A stretch of DNA of 64,000 nt from contig JBIKVA010000001.1 of assembly GCA_044357085.1 (NCBI GenBank), positions 11,266-75,265 on the forward strand, read 5' to 3'. Made by a program: the position numbers and the translations under genes. Position 1 is the stretch's first letter, and the number at the start of each line of letters is the position of its first letter. Positions 62,674 to 64,000 of this stretch are shown here, in pieces. The notes beneath the pieces are model-generated. The model saw nothing but the letters and a program-made list of their open reading frames with translations. It was not told the DNA's origin and searched no databases. Source of the DNA: Steroidobacteraceae bacterium (GTDB lineage: Bacteria; Pseudomonadota; Gammaproteobacteria; Steroidobacterales; Steroidobacteraceae).

Positions 62674-64000
62674 TCAGAGCGACTGGTAGATCGGCCCGGA
62701 GCCGCCTTCGGGCGTCGTCCAGTCGATGATCTGGTAGGGGTCCTTGATGTCGCAGGCCTTGCAATGCACGCAGTTGGCGGCGTTGATCTGCAGGCGCTTG
62801 CCGCCGGCGCCGTCGTCCACCATTTCATAGACGTTGGCCGGACAGAAGTTCTGGCAGGGGTTGCCGTACTCGGTCGCGCAGCGGGTCACGCAGATGTCGG
62901 GTTCGCGTACCTTGAGGTGCACGGGCTGGTTCTCTTCGTGCGAATTGTTCGCGAAGAAGACCGCGGCGAGACGGTCGCGCGGCGGCAGGCTGCGGTCGAT
63001 CCAGCCGCGGTCCGGAGATTCGAACTCGTCGAGCCGCTGCGTCTCGGCGTAGGCTGCCTTGTTGCGCAGTGTCCAGGGCGTACGGCCGCCGGTCACGGTC
63101 TCGAGCACGCCGTTGGCCATCGCGAACCACAGGCCGCGCTTGAAGCCGGGCTTGATGTTGCGGACGGTCTTGAGTTCCTTGCCACCCGCCGAGGCGCGGT
63201 AGCGCGCATCGAAGCCTGCGGTGGCGCAGTCGTTCTCCGCCAGGTGCTCCGCCGCGAGCATGCCGCAACGGATGGCCTGGTGGATGCCCTTGATCTTCGG
63301 CACGTTGAGCGTGCCCGCGGCATCGCCCACCAGCACTGCCCCCGGCATGTCGAGTTTCGGCAGCGACTGCCAGCCGCCCGCCGCGATGGTGCGCGCTCCG
63401 GCGGCAATGATCTCACCGCCTTCGAGCAGCGCCCTGATGCTCGGATGGTGCTTGAACTGCTGGAAGGCCTCGAAGGGCTTCAGGCGCGGGTCACGATAGT
63501 CGAGACCGACCACATAGCCCACGTAAACGCGGTTGTTGTCGAGGTGATAGAGAAAGCTGCCGCCATAGGTGTGCGAGTCGAGCGGCCAGCCGACGCTGTG
63601 CTGGATGAGTCCCGGTTCGACGCGACCCTCGGGGAGCTGCCACATTTCTTTGAAGCCGAGCCCGTAGGTCTGCGGGTCGCAGTCCGCATCGAGCCGATAG
63701 CGCGCGATCAACTGCTTGCTGACGCTGCCCCGGCAGCCCTCGGCGAGCACCGTGACGCGGGCGCGCACCTCGGGGCCCGGCGCGTAGCCCGGGCCGGGCT
63801 CGCCCGATTTCTCGATGCCCATGTCGCCGATCTGCACGCCGGCGACGCTGCCGTCGTCGTTGAACAGCGCCTTCGCCGCGGCGAAGCCCGGGAACACGTC
63901 GACGCCGAGTTGTTCGGCCCTGGCGGCGAGTTGCGGCGTGAGCAGGCCCAGGGAAATGATGAAGTTGCCGGCGTTGTGCTGCTGCGGCGGTACCGGCAGG
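62674..64000 (-). CDS. Electron-transfer flavoprotein:ubiquinone oxidoreductase (ETF-QO); N-terminus outside window
   Basis: C-terminal 4Fe-4S region CPANVYE...NCVHCKACDIKDP. The frame stays open from 63897 to 64000 (hand translation ...NFIISLGLLTPQLAARAEQLGVD...). Confidence 0.9.
   Translation of the reverse strand, partial: LPVPPQQHNAGNFIISLGLLTPQLAARAEQLGVDVFPGFAAAKALFNDDGSVAGVQIGDMGIEKSGEPGPGYAPGPEVRARVTVLAEGCRGSVSKQLIARYRLDADCDPQTYGLGFKEMWQLPEGRVEPGLIQHSVGWPLDSHTYGGSFLYHLDNNRVYVGYVVGLDYRDPRLKPFEAFQQFKHHPSIRALLEGGEIIAAGARTIAAGGWQSLPKLDMPGAVLVGDAAGTLNVPKIKGIHQAIRCGMLAAEHLAENDCATAGFDARYRASAGGKELKTVRNIKPGFKRGLWFAMANGVLETVTGGRTPWTLRNKAAYAETQRLDEFESPDRGWIDRSLPPRDRLAAVFFANNSHEENQPVHLKVREPDICVTRCATEYGNPCQNFCPANVYEMVDDGAGGKRLQINAANCVHCKACDIKDPYQIIDWTTPEGGSGPIYQSL

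Overview
High-GC (roughly two-thirds G+C by eye), densely packed core-chromosome segment of a Gammaproteobacterium. Gene order resembles Pseudomonas and Xanthomonas: mreB is divergent from gatCAB, surA-pdxA-rsmA-apaH are contiguous, lptD is divergent from amgK-murU, and Coq7 stands in for UbiF. I call 73 CDS (2 truncated by the window edges), one tRNA-Gln(CUG), a 6S RNA (ssrS) in its conserved zapA/5-FCL context, and a tandem glycine riboswitch with an intrinsic terminator ahead of gcvT-gcvH-gcvPA-gcvPB. I also call a few promoters and terminators. Functional blocks, in order: ubiquinone (coq7, ubiH, ubiI); r-proteins L13/S9; the Z-ring/6S/folate cluster; the glycine cleavage system; one-carbon/folate genes (thyA, folA, folE, 5-FCL); lipoate (lipA, lipB); envelope biogenesis (surA, lptD, lgt); a 10-kb co-directional elongasome/peptidoglycan cluster (mreBCD-mrdA-rodA-mltB-rlpA-dacC-dat-ybeD); and gatCAB. 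I found no mobile elements, CRISPR arrays, defence islands or obvious horizontally acquired DNA, so this is an ordinary core region, not an accessory one. The most unusual item is a complete miniature expression unit (promoter, SD, 16-codon polylysine [19 protein letters not shown], structured RNA, hairpin terminator) directly upstream of rpiA, which I cannot assign to any family I know. Secondary curiosities are a SET-domain lysine methyltransferase with a histone-H1-like tail wedged into a thyA-folA operon, an EVE-domain gene translationally coupled to the zapA-ssrS-5FCL cluster, and a near-consensus promoter positioned to give a leaderless zapB-like mRNA. All calls rest on hand translation, motif recognition and synteny; no database search was possible. 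RNA ends and several start codons are approximate.
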